Shown in pieces: positions 27,599-37,262 of a DNA stretch of 37,262 bases (positions are counted from its first letter, which is position 1; each line of letters begins with the position of its first letter). The notes under the pieces were generated by a model. The model was not told the DNA's origin. It saw only the letters and a program-made list of their open reading frames with translations, and did no database searches. This stretch comes from Candidatus Hodarchaeota archaeon (GTDB taxonomy: Archaea; Asgardarchaeota; Heimdallarchaeia; Hodarchaeales; Hodarchaeaceae): contig JAEOTQ010000134.1 of NCBI GenBank assembly GCA_016839785.1, forward strand, positions 1 through 37,262, written 5' to 3'. The position numbers were made by a program, and so were the translations under genes.

Positions 27599-27985
27599 TT
27601 AGCCACAGAAATCTTCGTATTCCGCGGGACTCATCAAATTGGCTAGATCCGCGTCGAGATTTGAAGGTTTTACTTTTACCAGCCATGATCCATAAGGATC
27701 CTCATTTACATTTTCTGGAGCATCTTCTAAATCCTCATTGACTTCAATTATTTCTCCAGAGATCGGGCTGAATACATCACTGACAGCTTTCACACTTTCT
27801 ACAGATGTGAACACTTCGCCTTGTGTAACTGTGTCTCCAACTTCTGGAAGCTCTACCATTACAATATCTTTTAGTGAATCTTGGGCAAAATCGGAGATTC
27901 CGATTAAACAAGTACCATCATCTTCCACTCTAACCCATTGGTGTTCTTTATAGTATTTACAGGAATCATCAACTTTGGGGGACAT
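27599..27985 (-). CDS. gcvH: Glycine cleavage H-like lipoyl carrier protein
   Basis: HQWV, GISDFAQ, VESVKAVSD (lipoyl-Lys), SPISG, NEDPYG. Confidence 0.95.
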   Translation of the reverse strand: MSPKVDDSCKYYKEHQWVRVEDDGTCLIGISDFAQDSLKDIVMVELPEVGDTVTQGEVFTSVESVKAVSDVFSPISGEIIEVNEDLEDAPENVNEDPYGSWLVKVKPSNLDADLANLMSPAEYEDFCG

Positions 27986-28247
27986 ATTTTAACACTTCTT
28001 TTCAAAATCTAATAATGTTGTGCCCCATTGAGAATGTGTCCTTAAAAAATTTTTTAGTTCAGAGTAGGACTATGATAAAATAATTCTATATCAGAATAGT
28101 TTTGCATAATTATTAGATATAATATCTTTGCTATTGTTATCTTTGGGTTAGAGGAGGCTACAAAACGACCACTGATCAAAGAATATATAAACTTAGTAAT
28201 TACATCTGTCGACAATTTCATTTTAGTTAGCATTAGGGCTAGTAAAT

Positions 28248-28892
28248 GTGATTTTCATGGCCATACAGACCTTTAATCTAAATACTGCCGATTTAAACTT
28301 CAAAAATGAAGTGGTTGCTGAAGAGGGTGGTGAGCACCTAAAAAAGTGTTTTCAATGTTCTTCCTGTACATTAACATGTCCTGTCTCAGATGCGGGACTG
28401 GATCTTAACCCTCGAAATATAATTCGACAAGTTTTAGTAGGAATGCGAAAAGAAGTCTTAGAATCCAAAGCTATCTGGCAAGGTGTGGGTGGTTATGAAT
28501 GTACGGATAGATGTCCACAAAATGTCCGTTTTACGGAAATTGTCGAGGCTTTACGCCGCATTGCAGTTCGTGAATCTAAGAATAAGGATAAAAACAAGCG
28601 TATTCGTTTATCTAAAGAAGGAAAATTAAAACATTCGTTTGATAAAAGATTTTCAGAGAGTGTTTGGCTCTGGGGTAGAACATGGGAGCCAGAAATGATT
28701 GGTCGCTACCTTATGTATGGACGGGGCCTTCCATTCGGAGCACTAGCAGGATTTAGATACGTTTCTATGATGCTTGGTATGTTTTTAAAATTCAAGATTG
28801 AATTTTTCCCACCATGGAACTCTAAAGCGAGAAGAGAGGTTCGAGCGATATACAAAAAAGCAAAAAAGAAAGAACAGGAGATAAACGCATGA
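28248..28892 (+). CDS. hdrC: Heterodisulfide reductase subunit C-like; likely start 28257
   Basis: CFQCSSCTLTCP, NPR motif. Second cluster motif degenerate (WQGVGGYECTDRCP). Confidence 0.88.
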   Translation: MIFMAIQTFNLNTADLNFKNEVVAEEGGEHLKKCFQCSSCTLTCPVSDAGLDLNPRNIIRQVLVGMRKEVLESKAIWQGVGGYECTDRCPQNVRFTEIVEALRRIAVRESKNKDKNKRIRLSKEGKLKHSFDKRFSESVWLWGRTWEPEMIGRYLMYGRGLPFGALAGFRYVSMMLGMFLKFKIEFFPPWNSKARREVRAIYKKAKKKEQEINA

Positions 28893-29773
28893 AAGTCGGT
28901 TATTATCCAGGATGTTCACTCCACAAAGTGGCAAAGGAATACAATAAATCAACCTACAGGATTGCAGAAAGGCTAGGGTTGGAGATGGAGGAGATAAAAG
29001 ATTGGAACTGTTGTGGCGCATTGGAAGTTCAGGCTGGAAATCCACTCGCTGCAAAAGGTATAGTTGCTAGAAATCTAGCTTTAGCCGAGGAACAAAATTT
29101 TGATTTACTAACAGCGGTATGTCCTGCTTGTGCATACCAATTAATTAATGTAAATCGGATGATGATAGAAGAAAAACAGAAAGCCGCTGAAATTAACTCA
29201 TTGATGGATAATAAGAACTATACTCCTGGCAGCGTAAAACCGATGCACTTTCTACAAGTACTTCGTGATAAGGTTGGTTTAGAGAAAATCAAGGAGCTTA
29301 TTCTCCCAGATAATCCTCTTGCAGGAAGAAAAGGGGTTTCTTATTATGGATGCTTTTGTGTACGCCCAGGGGATATTATCCAATTTGAGGATCCAGATAA
29401 TCCTACATTTATGGATGATCTGATAAATGTTGTAGGAGCGGAAACTCCACACTTTCCAATGAAAACAAAATGTTGTGGAGCAACTCAATTACTAGTAGCA
29501 AAACCTACGGTGGAAACATTAACAGGAAATATCATTGTCAATGCCAAAGAAGTCGGTGCTGAATTTATTGTAGTAGCTTGTCAGATGTGTGCATTAGCTC
29601 TTGATGGACAGCAAAAACAAGCCATAAAGAGAGTCGGTGGCGGAGATTTCAGCATTCCAGTTTTATACTTTAGTCAATTACTTGGTATAGGAATGGGTCT
29701 TAGTTACAAGTCATTAGGACTTGGTTCGAATTATGTATCACCAAAAAAATTGATGAAACCTGTTAAAGCATGA
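28889..29773 (+). CDS. hdrB: Heterodisulfide reductase subunit B-like
   Basis: YYPGC, WNCCG, CPAC, YYGC, KCCG and ACQMC, i.e. two CCG domains. Confidence 0.93.
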   Translation: MKVGYYPGCSLHKVAKEYNKSTYRIAERLGLEMEEIKDWNCCGALEVQAGNPLAAKGIVARNLALAEEQNFDLLTAVCPACAYQLINVNRMMIEEKQKAAEINSLMDNKNYTPGSVKPMHFLQVLRDKVGLEKIKELILPDNPLAGRKGVSYYGCFCVRPGDIIQFEDPDNPTFMDDLINVVGAETPHFPMKTKCCGATQLLVAKPTVETLTGNIIVNAKEVGAEFIVVACQMCALALDGQQKQAIKRVGGGDFSIPVLYFSQLLGIGMGLSYKSLGLGSNYVSPKKLMKPVKA

Positions 29774-29779
29774 GGAGAT

Positions 29780-30919
29780 ATGAGAATGGTAATATCAGAG
29801 AGCCCAATAAATTACGAGGTCGAAATTAAATCGGAAGAACTCAAATCCATGTTGCGTGCGTGCTATCAATGTTCCTCCTGTACTAGTGTATGTCCAGTCC
29901 GTAGATATTCTAAATATAATCCTAGAAAGATCATTCATAATTATTTATTTGATTATGAAGTGACAGAGGATGATTTAACAGCTTGTTTGACTTGTGGATT
30001 ATGTTTAGAAGTGTGTCCACAAAAGATCGATTTTCCAGAATTTATACGGTTATCTCGGGAACAACACGGAGTAAATGCAGACCTCTTCGCTCATCATAAT
30101 ATTTTCAATATTATGCAGGTATTCATGAATGAAATGACAGATTCAGGGATGAAATTTGATTATGAGGGAGAACTGGATCGAGAGTCATCAATAGCTTATT
30201 TTCCTGGTTGTATTGATCTGTATGATAAATTTCTAGATCTTAAAGAAACAAGTTTCCATCAAATAGGCCAAAGCGCAATTAATGTAATCAATAAAACTGG
30301 GGTAAAACCCAACCTATTATCATTAAAATGTTGTGGTCATGATGCTTATTGGACTGGAGATATGGATGCGTATGATCAGGTTCGAGAATATAATACCAAA
30401 GTCATCAAAGACTCTGGAATATCCACTTTAGTTGTATCCTGTGCTGAGTGCTATTATTCCTTTATGGATTTATACAACCTAGACGGAGTGAAAATTCAGC
30501 ATATCGCACATTTCATCGAAGAGCGCCAAGAGAAACTACAGTTTAATGGTGAAGCAACAACTCTTACTTATCATGACCCTTGTCGGCTCGGACGATTTAT
30601 GAATGAGTATGAAAGTCCAAGAAATGTGTTAAAAGCTACTGGTGCATCAATTAAGGAACTTTCACTAAATAAACAATTTACGAAATGTTGTGGAGTTTCT
30701 GCGTGGTTACGTTGTGATGATACCTCACGAGCTATTATGCTACGAAAACTACAGGAAGCCACTCAAGCAGTTGGGGAAGAAGGGACACTGGGTGTAGCAT
30801 GTTCGAAATGTTATGCACACCTCAATTGTGTCTTAGAGGACAAAAAACCTCAACACGATTTCAAAATCAAAGTTAAAGAACTGGGTATGATAGTAGATGA
30901 GAGGTCGAGCTCTAAATAG
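29780..30919 (+). CDS. HdrD-like Fe-S protein (2x[4Fe-4S] plus 2 CCG domains)
   Basis: CYQCSSCTSVCP, CLTCGLCLEVCP, FPGC, CCG, CAEC, YHDPC, CCG, CSKC. Confidence 0.9.
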   Translation: MRMVISESPINYEVEIKSEELKSMLRACYQCSSCTSVCPVRRYSKYNPRKIIHNYLFDYEVTEDDLTACLTCGLCLEVCPQKIDFPEFIRLSREQHGVNADLFAHHNIFNIMQVFMNEMTDSGMKFDYEGELDRESSIAYFPGCIDLYDKFLDLKETSFHQIGQSAINVINKTGVKPNLLSLKCCGHDAYWTGDMDAYDQVREYNTKVIKDSGISTLVVSCAECYYSFMDLYNLDGVKIQHIAHFIEERQEKLQFNGEATTLTYHDPCRLGRFMNEYESPRNVLKATGASIKELSLNKQFTKCCGVSAWLRCDDTSRAIMLRKLQEATQAVGEEGTLGVACSKCYAHLNCVLEDKKPQHDFKIKVKELGMIVDERSSSK

Positions 30920-30923
30920 TTAA

Positions 30924-33900
30924 ATGAGAGGACGAAAAATGGCTGAAACAATGTTAGGATCTGTAGCAGTAATAGGAGGAGGAATTGCTGGAATACAAGC
31001 TTCCTTGGACATGGCTGATCAAGGCTTTCTTGTCTATCTCATTGAAAGCAATCCATCAATAGGTGGAAGGATGGTTCAACTAGATAAGACTTTTCCTACG
31101 TTAGATTGCGCAATGTGTATACTGGGACCCAAGTTAGTTGATGTGCAACGACATCCAAATATTAGACTTTTAACCTATTGTGATCCTCAAGATCTCTCTG
31201 GTTCGCCTGGAAACTTTAAATTAAAATATTTAAAGAAAGCAAGGTATGTAGACGAAGATAAGTGTACAGGGTGTGGGGATTGTGAGGCAAGCTGTCCATA
31301 TTGGGTTGTTGATGAGTTTAATGATAACTTGATGAGGAAGGATAAAAAAGGCCGAGACAAACCTGGGAGAAAAACAGTTTCTATTCCTTTTCCTCAAGCC
31401 GTACCTAAAATCGCATATATTCAGGCCCATAACTGTGCTTATCTTACGAAAGGTAAGTGTGGAATTTGTAAGAAGAAGTGTGGCCCTGGTGCAATAGATT
31501 ATGAACAAAAGGACGAGGTAAGAGAGGTTAATGTAGGTGCAGTTATTGTAGCCACTGGGTTTGATCCATTTGATGCAAAAGAAATCACAAGCCTTCATTT
31601 TGGTCAATATCCAAACGTTGTAACCACTTTACAATTTGAACGGTTTTTGAATGCCTCTGGTCCAACTGGTGGGGAAGTGATACGTCCCTTTGACCAGAAA
31701 CATCCAAAGAAGATTGCATTTTTACAGTGTGTAGGTTCTCGAAACCCCTCGCTTAATAGGAATTATTGCTCTGCTGCTTGTTGCATGTATGCGGTAAAAG
31801 AAGCAATAATGGCGAAAGAACATGATCCAGATGTAGAAGCATATATCTTTTATATGGATATACGAGCATTTGGAAAAGGGTTTGAAGAATTTTATCAACG
31901 TGCAATAACAGAATTTAATATTCATTTCATTAAATCAAGAGTAAGTGAAATAAGAGAAAATCCTGAAAATAGAAATCTAATTATTAAATATGAAGATTTC
32001 AAAGGAACTCCGGGTATTTCAACCGAAGAAATGGATATGGTAGTTCTATCTACAGGATTAGATCCATCATCACACTCAGAATATCTGTCTCAAAGTCTAA
32101 ATCTAGAGTTATCAGACACTGGCTTTGTTGTAACTGATCCATTAAAACCATTAGAGACTAATCAAGAAGGAGTTTTTGTATGTGGTGTTGCCTCTAGTCC
32201 TAAAGATATTCCAGACACCGTTGCTCAAGCGAGTGGCGCAGCTGCAAAAGCATCTATCTTACTCAAAGACGTTAGAGGCACCGAAATTGAAGAAATAAAA
32301 CTTCCACGAGCAATTAAAGTTAGTGCAACCGATGAACCACGAATCGGAGTTCTTGTCTGTCATTGTGGACATAATATAGGGTCCGTTGTTGATTGTGCAG
32401 AAGTTGCAGAGTATTCAAAGCAATTCGATAACGTGGTTTATGCAACCGATCCAATGTATGCTTGTGCTGCAGACTCTCAGGTTATGATAAAAGAGGCAAT
32501 CAAAGAGTACAACCTTAATCGAGTAATCGTGGCCTCTTGTACTCCACGTACTCATGAACCGTTATTTAGAAGCACTCTTATGGAAGCTGGTTTGAATGAA
32601 TTTCTATTTGATCTTGTCAATTTGCGAGAACAGGTATCATGGGTACACCCTCATCAAAAGGAAGAAGCTAATGAAAAAGCAAAGGATTTAGTACGTGGCG
32701 CAATTACACGTGCATGTGGCCTCGAACCATTGTTCAAAGAAAAGATCCCAATAATCCAAAAAGCTCTTGTAATCGGTGGTGGTAGTGCTGGAATGACTAG
32801 CGCCCTTGATCTTGCGAGAGCAGGTTATCCTGTCTATTTAATAGAGAAAGAAGCTCAACTTGGAGGAGAACTTCTTAAAATACCAGAGTTGCACAATGGT
32901 TTGAAAGGACCAGAAATAGTTACACAGATGCAGAAAGAAATTGAAAATGAACCTGATATCACTGTTTTTACTAATACTGAGCTTGAAGAACTTAGTGGAG
33001 CAGTTGGAAACTTTAAAGGAAAAGTTCATGGTAAAGAAATTAATTTTGGAGCAGTAATCCTTGCAACAGGAGCAGAACCATTTACACCGAATGGTTACTA
33101 TAATTACGGCACCGTCTCTAATGTTATTACTCAACGCGAATTAGAGGAACGGTTTGATGAAGTAGATCCTCAGAATGTAGTAATGATTCAGTGTGTTGGC
33201 TCCCGAGAGGAAGAAGCACCAAGGACATATTGTTCGAGAATATGTTGTACTGTAGCAATAAAGAATAGTATCAGAATAAAGGAAAGGAATCCTAATGCAA
33301 ACGTATTCGTCATTTACAAAGATATTAGAACATATGGAGATCTAGAAGAATTATATCTGAAATCAAGAGAATTAGGTACGGTTTTCATTCGATATACTGA
33401 TGAACGAGAACCAATTGTGGATTCCAATGGAACAGTGACCGTTTTTGATGAGATGCTTGGAGTTAATCTACAAGTTACCCCCGATTTGATAGTCCTTAGC
33501 GTTCCCCTTGTACCCAAACCAAACGAGAAATTAGGGCAGATGTTTAAATGCGCACGGGGTGCTGATAATTTCTTTTTAGAAGCACATGTCAAACTTCGAC
33601 CCATTGATTTTGCAACTGATGTAATTTTCTTAGCAGGAACTAGTCAATTTCCAAAATTTACCACTGAAAGTATCTCTCAAGGAAGTGGTGCAGCTGTAAG
33701 AGTAATGGCACTCCTTGCTAAAGGGTATATATTATCAGAAGGTGCTATTGCCAATGTCAATCAAGATATTTGTCGAGGTTGCGGTAGATGTGAACAGGTT
33801 TGTCCATTTAAAGCAATCGAACTTGAGGTTAAAACCATTAAAATGGAAACACAAGACCTTAAAATGGTTAAAGCAGTTGTAAATGAAGGCGTATGCAAGG

Positions 33901-34055
33901 GTTGTGGAACCTGTGTTGTAACATGTCCAGTTTCTGCAATAAATATCAAACACTTCCCTGATAAGCTAATTGAATCTCAATTTGAGTCAATATTAACAAA
34001 ACCTGATTTTACCGAAAAGGTGGAAGCAGATTCACCTTCAATGGAGGCGCCATAG
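30924..34055 (+). CDS. hdrA: Long heterodisulfide reductase A-like flavoprotein with two FAD modules; likely start 30939
   Basis: GGGIAG, LDKTFPTLDCAMC, CVGSR/YCSAACC, internal VCHCG...SCTPRTHE domain, second GGGSAG and CVGSR/YCSRICC, C-terminal 2x[4Fe-4S]. Confidence 0.95.
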   Translation: MRGRKMAETMLGSVAVIGGGIAGIQASLDMADQGFLVYLIESNPSIGGRMVQLDKTFPTLDCAMCILGPKLVDVQRHPNIRLLTYCDPQDLSGSPGNFKLKYLKKARYVDEDKCTGCGDCEASCPYWVVDEFNDNLMRKDKKGRDKPGRKTVSIPFPQAVPKIAYIQAHNCAYLTKGKCGICKKKCGPGAIDYEQKDEVREVNVGAVIVATGFDPFDAKEITSLHFGQYPNVVTTLQFERFLNASGPTGGEVIRPFDQKHPKKIAFLQCVGSRNPSLNRNYCSAACCMYAVKEAIMAKEHDPDVEAYIFYMDIRAFGKGFEEFYQRAITEFNIHFIKSRVSEIRENPENRNLIIKYEDFKGTPGISTEEMDMVVLSTGLDPSSHSEYLSQSLNLELSDTGFVVTDPLKPLETNQEGVFVCGVASSPKDIPDTVAQASGAAAKASILLKDVRGTEIEEIKLPRAIKVSATDEPRIGVLVCHCGHNIGSVVDCAEVAEYSKQFDNVVYATDPMYACAADSQVMIKEAIKEYNLNRVIVASCTPRTHEPLFRSTLMEAGLNEFLFDLVNLREQVSWVHPHQKEEANEKAKDLVRGAITRACGLEPLFKEKIPIIQKALVIGGGSAGMTSALDLARAGYPVYLIEKEAQLGGELLKIPELHNGLKGPEIVTQMQKEIENEPDITVFTNTELEELSGAVGNFKGKVHGKEINFGAVILATGAEPFTPNGYYNYGTVSNVITQRELEERFDEVDPQNVVMIQCVGSREEEAPRTYCSRICCTVAIKNSIRIKERNPNANVFVIYKDIRTYGDLEELYLKSRELGTVFIRYTDEREPIVDSNGTVTVFDEMLGVNLQVTPDLIVLSVPLVPKPNEKLGQMFKCARGADNFFLEAHVKLRPIDFATDVIFLAGTSQFPKFTTESISQGSGAAVRVMALLAKGYILSEGAIANVNQDICRGCGRCEQVCPFKAIELEVKTIKMETQDLKMVKAVVNEGVCKGCGTCVVTCPVSAINIKHFPDKLIESQFESILTKPDFTEKVEADSPSMEAP

Positions 34056-34065
34056 TAAATAGAGG

Positions 34066-34506
34066 ATGATAATGATGACACAAGCAGAAACTTCAACAAA
34101 TACTGAAACTTTTGAACCAACAATTATTGTATTTGCCTGTAATTGGTGCTCATATGCTGGTGCTGATTTAGCTGGCGTATCTAGATTGAAATATCCTAGT
34201 AATGTCAGAATTGTCCGTGTTATGTGCTCTGGTAGAGTGGATCCAGCTTTTGTAATGAAAGCTTTTCTAAAAGGAGCTGATGGAGTCATGGTTGCAGGTT
34301 GTCATCCAGGGGATTGTCATTATCTTGAAGGTAACCTAAGAGCAAAAGAGCGCATCGATAAAATGGTTGAAGCTATGCATATCCTTGGTTTTGAAGTTGA
34401 TCGATTCCGACTTGAATGGATATCAGCGAGTGAAGGTAAGCGATTTGCTCAAATTATGACAGAATTTACAGAGCAAATACGTAATCTCGGTCCATTGAAA
34501 AGCTAA
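34066..34506 (+). CDS. mvhD: MvhD/FlpD [2Fe-2S] subunit
   Basis: FACNWCSYAGAD, RVMCSGR, GCHPGDCHY, WISASE. Confidence 0.96.
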   Translation: MIMMTQAETSTNTETFEPTIIVFACNWCSYAGADLAGVSRLKYPSNVRIVRVMCSGRVDPAFVMKAFLKGADGVMVAGCHPGDCHYLEGNLRAKERIDKMVEAMHILGFEVDRFRLEWISASEGKRFAQIMTEFTEQIRNLGPLKS

Positions 34507-34726
34507 TCTGGAATTAATATAGGAAACTTCACTCCTTTTCTTTTTTCTCAATACTAGCTATACACTCTCTGCATGGAGATATAACCTCCGAGTACTTTCC
34601 AAACCTGGTATGCTTATGATCAAATATTCTGGTTTGCGGAACATCTTATCAATAATTCTTAAAAAGAGTCTTTCCAATAAATTGTGACTGGAGTCGATTT
34701 TTCTGAAACCTAGAACCAAATTCTTT

Positions 34727-35827
34727 TTGTCTACATTCTTCTTAATACTACCATATTTTATCATTTCTTCACAAATACATGTTCTTTCTATTGAACCAAA
34801 ATACAGTTTCACTCAATCTAGTGCACTTATCGCAGATCACACAATTGCTAATATGGTTCGATTAGATCAAATACCTGATACGGCAATTATTAACGCAAAA
34901 AATACATTGCATATCGCGTATGGCCATACAAGTCATGGAAGCCAGATTACAACAGGTATGACGGATCTTGCTGCCTTCAAAGAGGGTAAAGGGGGAACAG
35001 AAGGGCTATATAATTGGAATAATGGTGGTACTGACGGTGCGTTGGACCTTCACGATTACTTTATGTCAGGAGATCTAGGAAATCCTGATCGAATCACTTG
35101 GTGCAATCGAACAAGAGAATATCTCGACAACACCGCAAATTCAGACGTTAATGTGGTTATGTGGAGTTGGTGCGGACAGGCATCAAGCGCTACAGAGGCA
35201 GAGATGCAACTCTATCTAGATTTAATGACACTTCTTGAATTTGAATACCCAAATGTAATATTCGTTTATATGACTGGTCATACAGATGGTACAGGGCTTG
35301 ATGGAAATTTGCATATACGTAATAATCAGATACGCGATTACTGTTTAATAAATAGTAAGGTATTATTTGATTTTGCAGATATAGAATCTTATGATCCTGA
35401 TGGCAATTATTTTGGAGACAAGAATGTAAATGATTATTGTGCATACTACAATGATACCGTGAGTGGTAATTGGGCAAATGAATGGCAAGCAGCGAATCCA
35501 GGTGAATGGTATTCTTGTTCTTCAGCACATAGTTTACCATTAAATGCCAATATGAAGGCGTACGCCGCATGGTGGTTGTGGGCAAAGCTAGCTGGGTGGG
35601 ATAATCCTGAAACTACATCACAAGCATTAACAACCTCACAGGATCAAAGTTCAACTATTAGCACAGAGATTGAGACAGAGACCACTTCTGAGCAAAGTAC
35701 AACAACGGAATCCCCACAAACAACGACTACCGAGCAATCTGAATCAACTAATGCTCCTCTTGTCTTAATTTCATTAATGGGAATTTTTGTTTTACGCATA
35801 AAAAGAAAAGGGAAGATTCTTGGGTAA
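34727..35827 (+). CDS. Secreted hypothetical (possibly SGNH-like hydrolase) with Thr/Ser-rich linker and C-terminal TM anchor
   Basis: YGHTSHGSQI, MWSWCGQ, YMTGH, FDFADIES, AHS motifs, T/S/E-rich stalk, hydrophobic plus basic tail. Start codon uncertain. Confidence 0.75.
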   Translation: MSTFFLILPYFIISSQIHVLSIEPKYSFTQSSALIADHTIANMVRLDQIPDTAIINAKNTLHIAYGHTSHGSQITTGMTDLAAFKEGKGGTEGLYNWNNGGTDGALDLHDYFMSGDLGNPDRITWCNRTREYLDNTANSDVNVVMWSWCGQASSATEAEMQLYLDLMTLLEFEYPNVIFVYMTGHTDGTGLDGNLHIRNNQIRDYCLINSKVLFDFADIESYDPDGNYFGDKNVNDYCAYYNDTVSGNWANEWQAANPGEWYSCSSAHSLPLNANMKAYAAWWLWAKLAGWDNPETTSQALTTSQDQSSTISTEIETETTSEQSTTTESPQTTTTEQSESTNAPLVLISLMGIFVLRIKRKGKILG

Positions 35828-35852
35828 CCCCAAGAATCAAAGTTGCGACTTA

Positions 35853-36368
35853 TTAGTTTATTCGGAATTCGCCTGGTGCAGTACTTCCTGGGGTGAATGG
35901 GGCACCAACCCACACTATATCACCACTCATATGCACATTCCGACCAAGATAAGCCTCCCAGTCTAAAGCTGCATCTTCCACATGCCCGTTCATTCTATAT
36001 GGCCAAGTCAGACCCTTTTTTTGATTGGTTACGCCTTTGTCAAAGCCCCACAATATTAAATTGTTTGGATTATCATCGAAAATTTCCCAAATTTCACCAA
36101 AATGACCAGCTTTCCCTGTTGGATCCTCACGGGGTATTCCTGTCCCAATCAGTATGAATCTCATACCATATACCTTACCGGGACCAAAATCTATGTGTCC
36201 TTGCCAAGTTACAACCCATTCTGAAGGATATGGAGCAGGTAATTCTTCAAATTTTAATGTTAAATCCATAATTCCTATCAAATGGGGTTTCTCTGCTGAA
36301 ACTGAAACTACAGGGACTAATGTCAGAACGGAAACGAATAGGAAAAGAATAGACAATTTTTTTCTCAT
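35853..36368 (-). CDS. Secreted hypothetical beta-rich protein
   Basis: MRKK plus hydrophobic plus VSA signal peptide, GGAGG upstream. Confidence 0.75.
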   Translation of the reverse strand: MRKKLSILFLFVSVLTLVPVVSVSAEKPHLIGIMDLTLKFEELPAPYPSEWVVTWQGHIDFGPGKVYGMRFILIGTGIPREDPTGKAGHFGEIWEIFDDNPNNLILWGFDKGVTNQKKGLTWPYRMNGHVEDAALDWEAYLGRNVHMSGDIVWVGAPFTPGSTAPGEFRIN

Positions 36369-36636
36369 TCTTTAATTTCCTCCTTTTTATGAATTAGAAA
36401 GACGATTTATTTCGCCCCTCTATAGAATTCAATTTTGAGACTAAAAAAACTAGAAAAGCACTCAAACTTATTTTTAGAAATTCTAATCTCAAGAAAGATG
36501 GTTTCATTTAAATGCTTTTCAAAGGCATTACAATGAAACATGTAATTACACAGCTTACAGTATATATAGTTTTTGACTTGGGTAAGAACAGTTATTCTGA
36601 TAGGTTGAATATCCGCTCACGAGAAATATCAGGTAG

Positions 36637-37262
36637 CTATTCTGAAACAAGACCATATACTTGTCTAGGAGCAAGAAGCTCAGGAAATTGCTCTAGTAAG
36701 GCTTTACGAGCTGTAAAACACGTATGACAATGATCAATAAACTTTTCGTTCTGAAATAGATTATACTCACGAGCTAATTCTGCTGGACCACCTTTGATTA
36801 GAGGCCCACATATGGGATGGGATTTTCCATTGTACTTACTAGATAGTTCTGATAAAGGGGTTTTCCAGATATTTCCCATACTCAATCCTTGACAAATATG
36901 GACATGACCGTATGAATCTAGATGAACTCGTTGAGGGTTCTCTAGGTCTTCATAGGGACATTCTGTAAATTCAGTCCAATGCTTCGTGGGTATCCCCTTA
37001 GTTAATGTTTCAGTGGCACGACCTCTAAACATTACTCCTCCACCTACTACTGGAGCTCCTTTTTCCTGTTCTTTTTTGTCAGTTAATGTTGGTTTTTCAA
37101 TAGTTATTGAATCTCCTGGTAGCTTAAGATTGTCGACTGCTTGAAGGGCATTTTTTGCTAGATTTTCCTGTTCTTCACCATAGTGGAAGAGATCATTACT
37201 GACGCTGATATCCGAAATACCCACCTCCAGAAGTGGACGAAGCCATAGTTCAGCATCGGCAA
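36637..37262 (-). CDS. Radical SAM protein, C-terminal part (starts beyond the right edge)
   Basis: The frame stays open to the edge (ADAELWLRPLLEVGISDISVSNDLFH). GRA, then a SPASM/twitch-like 'C...VHLDSYGHVHICQG...GNI' and CHTC. The CxxxCxxC motif is not in the window. Confidence 0.7.
   Translation of the reverse strand, partial: ADAELWLRPLLEVGISDISVSNDLFHYGEEQENLAKNALQAVDNLKLPGDSITIEKPTLTDKKEQEKGAPVVGGGVMFRGRATETLTKGIPTKHWTEFTECPYEDLENPQRVHLDSYGHVHICQGLSMGNIWKTPLSELSSKYNGKSHPICGPLIKGGPAELAREYNLFQNEKFIDHCHTCFTARKALLEQFPELLAPRQVYGLVSE

Noticed and set aside
33612-33640. HdrA TDVIFLAG where TDGIFLAG is usual
   Set aside because: A single substitution that cannot be interpreted without alignment or read data.
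30924-34506. Selenocysteine recoding in HdrA/MvhD, known from some Asgard archaea and methanogens
   Set aside because: Both frames are uninterrupted and the relevant positions are Cys codons (DCAMC, CNWC, GCHPGDCHY). There is no in-frame TGA.
34558-34812. 84-aa minus-strand ORF between mvhD and the secreted protein
   Set aside because: It overlaps the start of the plus-strand gene and has no recognisable features.
35600-35760. Thr/Ser/Glu-rich quasi-repeats
   Set aside because: An ordinary low-complexity stalk of a surface protein, not a DNA repeat array or CRISPR.
481-36727. Many small ORF-track entries overlapping larger genes (e.g. 481..681, 6172..6615, 12368..12709, 31230..31607, 35190..35585)
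   Set aside because: They are shadow or alternative-frame ORFs inside well-supported genes and have no motifs. 481..681 is an off-frame ORF within ccmF.

Overview
AT-rich (roughly one-third GC by eye) archaeal chromosomal window. PGF/Heimdall-CTERM-like tails, BRE/TATA promoters, the HdrABC/MvhD set and System I ccm genes suggest an Asgard archaeon of the Heimdallarchaeia/Hodarchaeales type (inference, no marker gene present). It is a redox/energy region. It holds cytochrome c maturation genes (ccmF truncated at the left edge; ccmC-ccmD-ccmA-ccmB, where ccmF and ccmD are missing from the ORF track), a surface-anchored multiheme cytochrome c, a DOMON-like protein plus di-heme cytochrome b pair, and a SufR-like regulator. 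It also holds a CBS-korA-korB-CBS-msrB operon, orphan 2-oxoacid dehydrogenase E1 alpha/beta, and gcvH divergent from hdrC-hdrB-hdrD-like-hdrA-mvhD, plus transporters, msrA and several secreted proteins. Most striking: the multiheme cytochrome has 7 CxxCH motifs plus two His-to-Met variants (CCM and CxxCM) at equivalent positions of two internal repeats, and CcmC has Met at its conserved first heme-ligand His (HVP to MVP). Other oddities are two related 9-2-9 palindromes, an orphan CTERM tail with its own hairpin, three related 3' hairpins, an HdrC with two Cys-to-Gly changes and a pseudogene. No rRNA, tRNA, CRISPR array or transposase was recognised.
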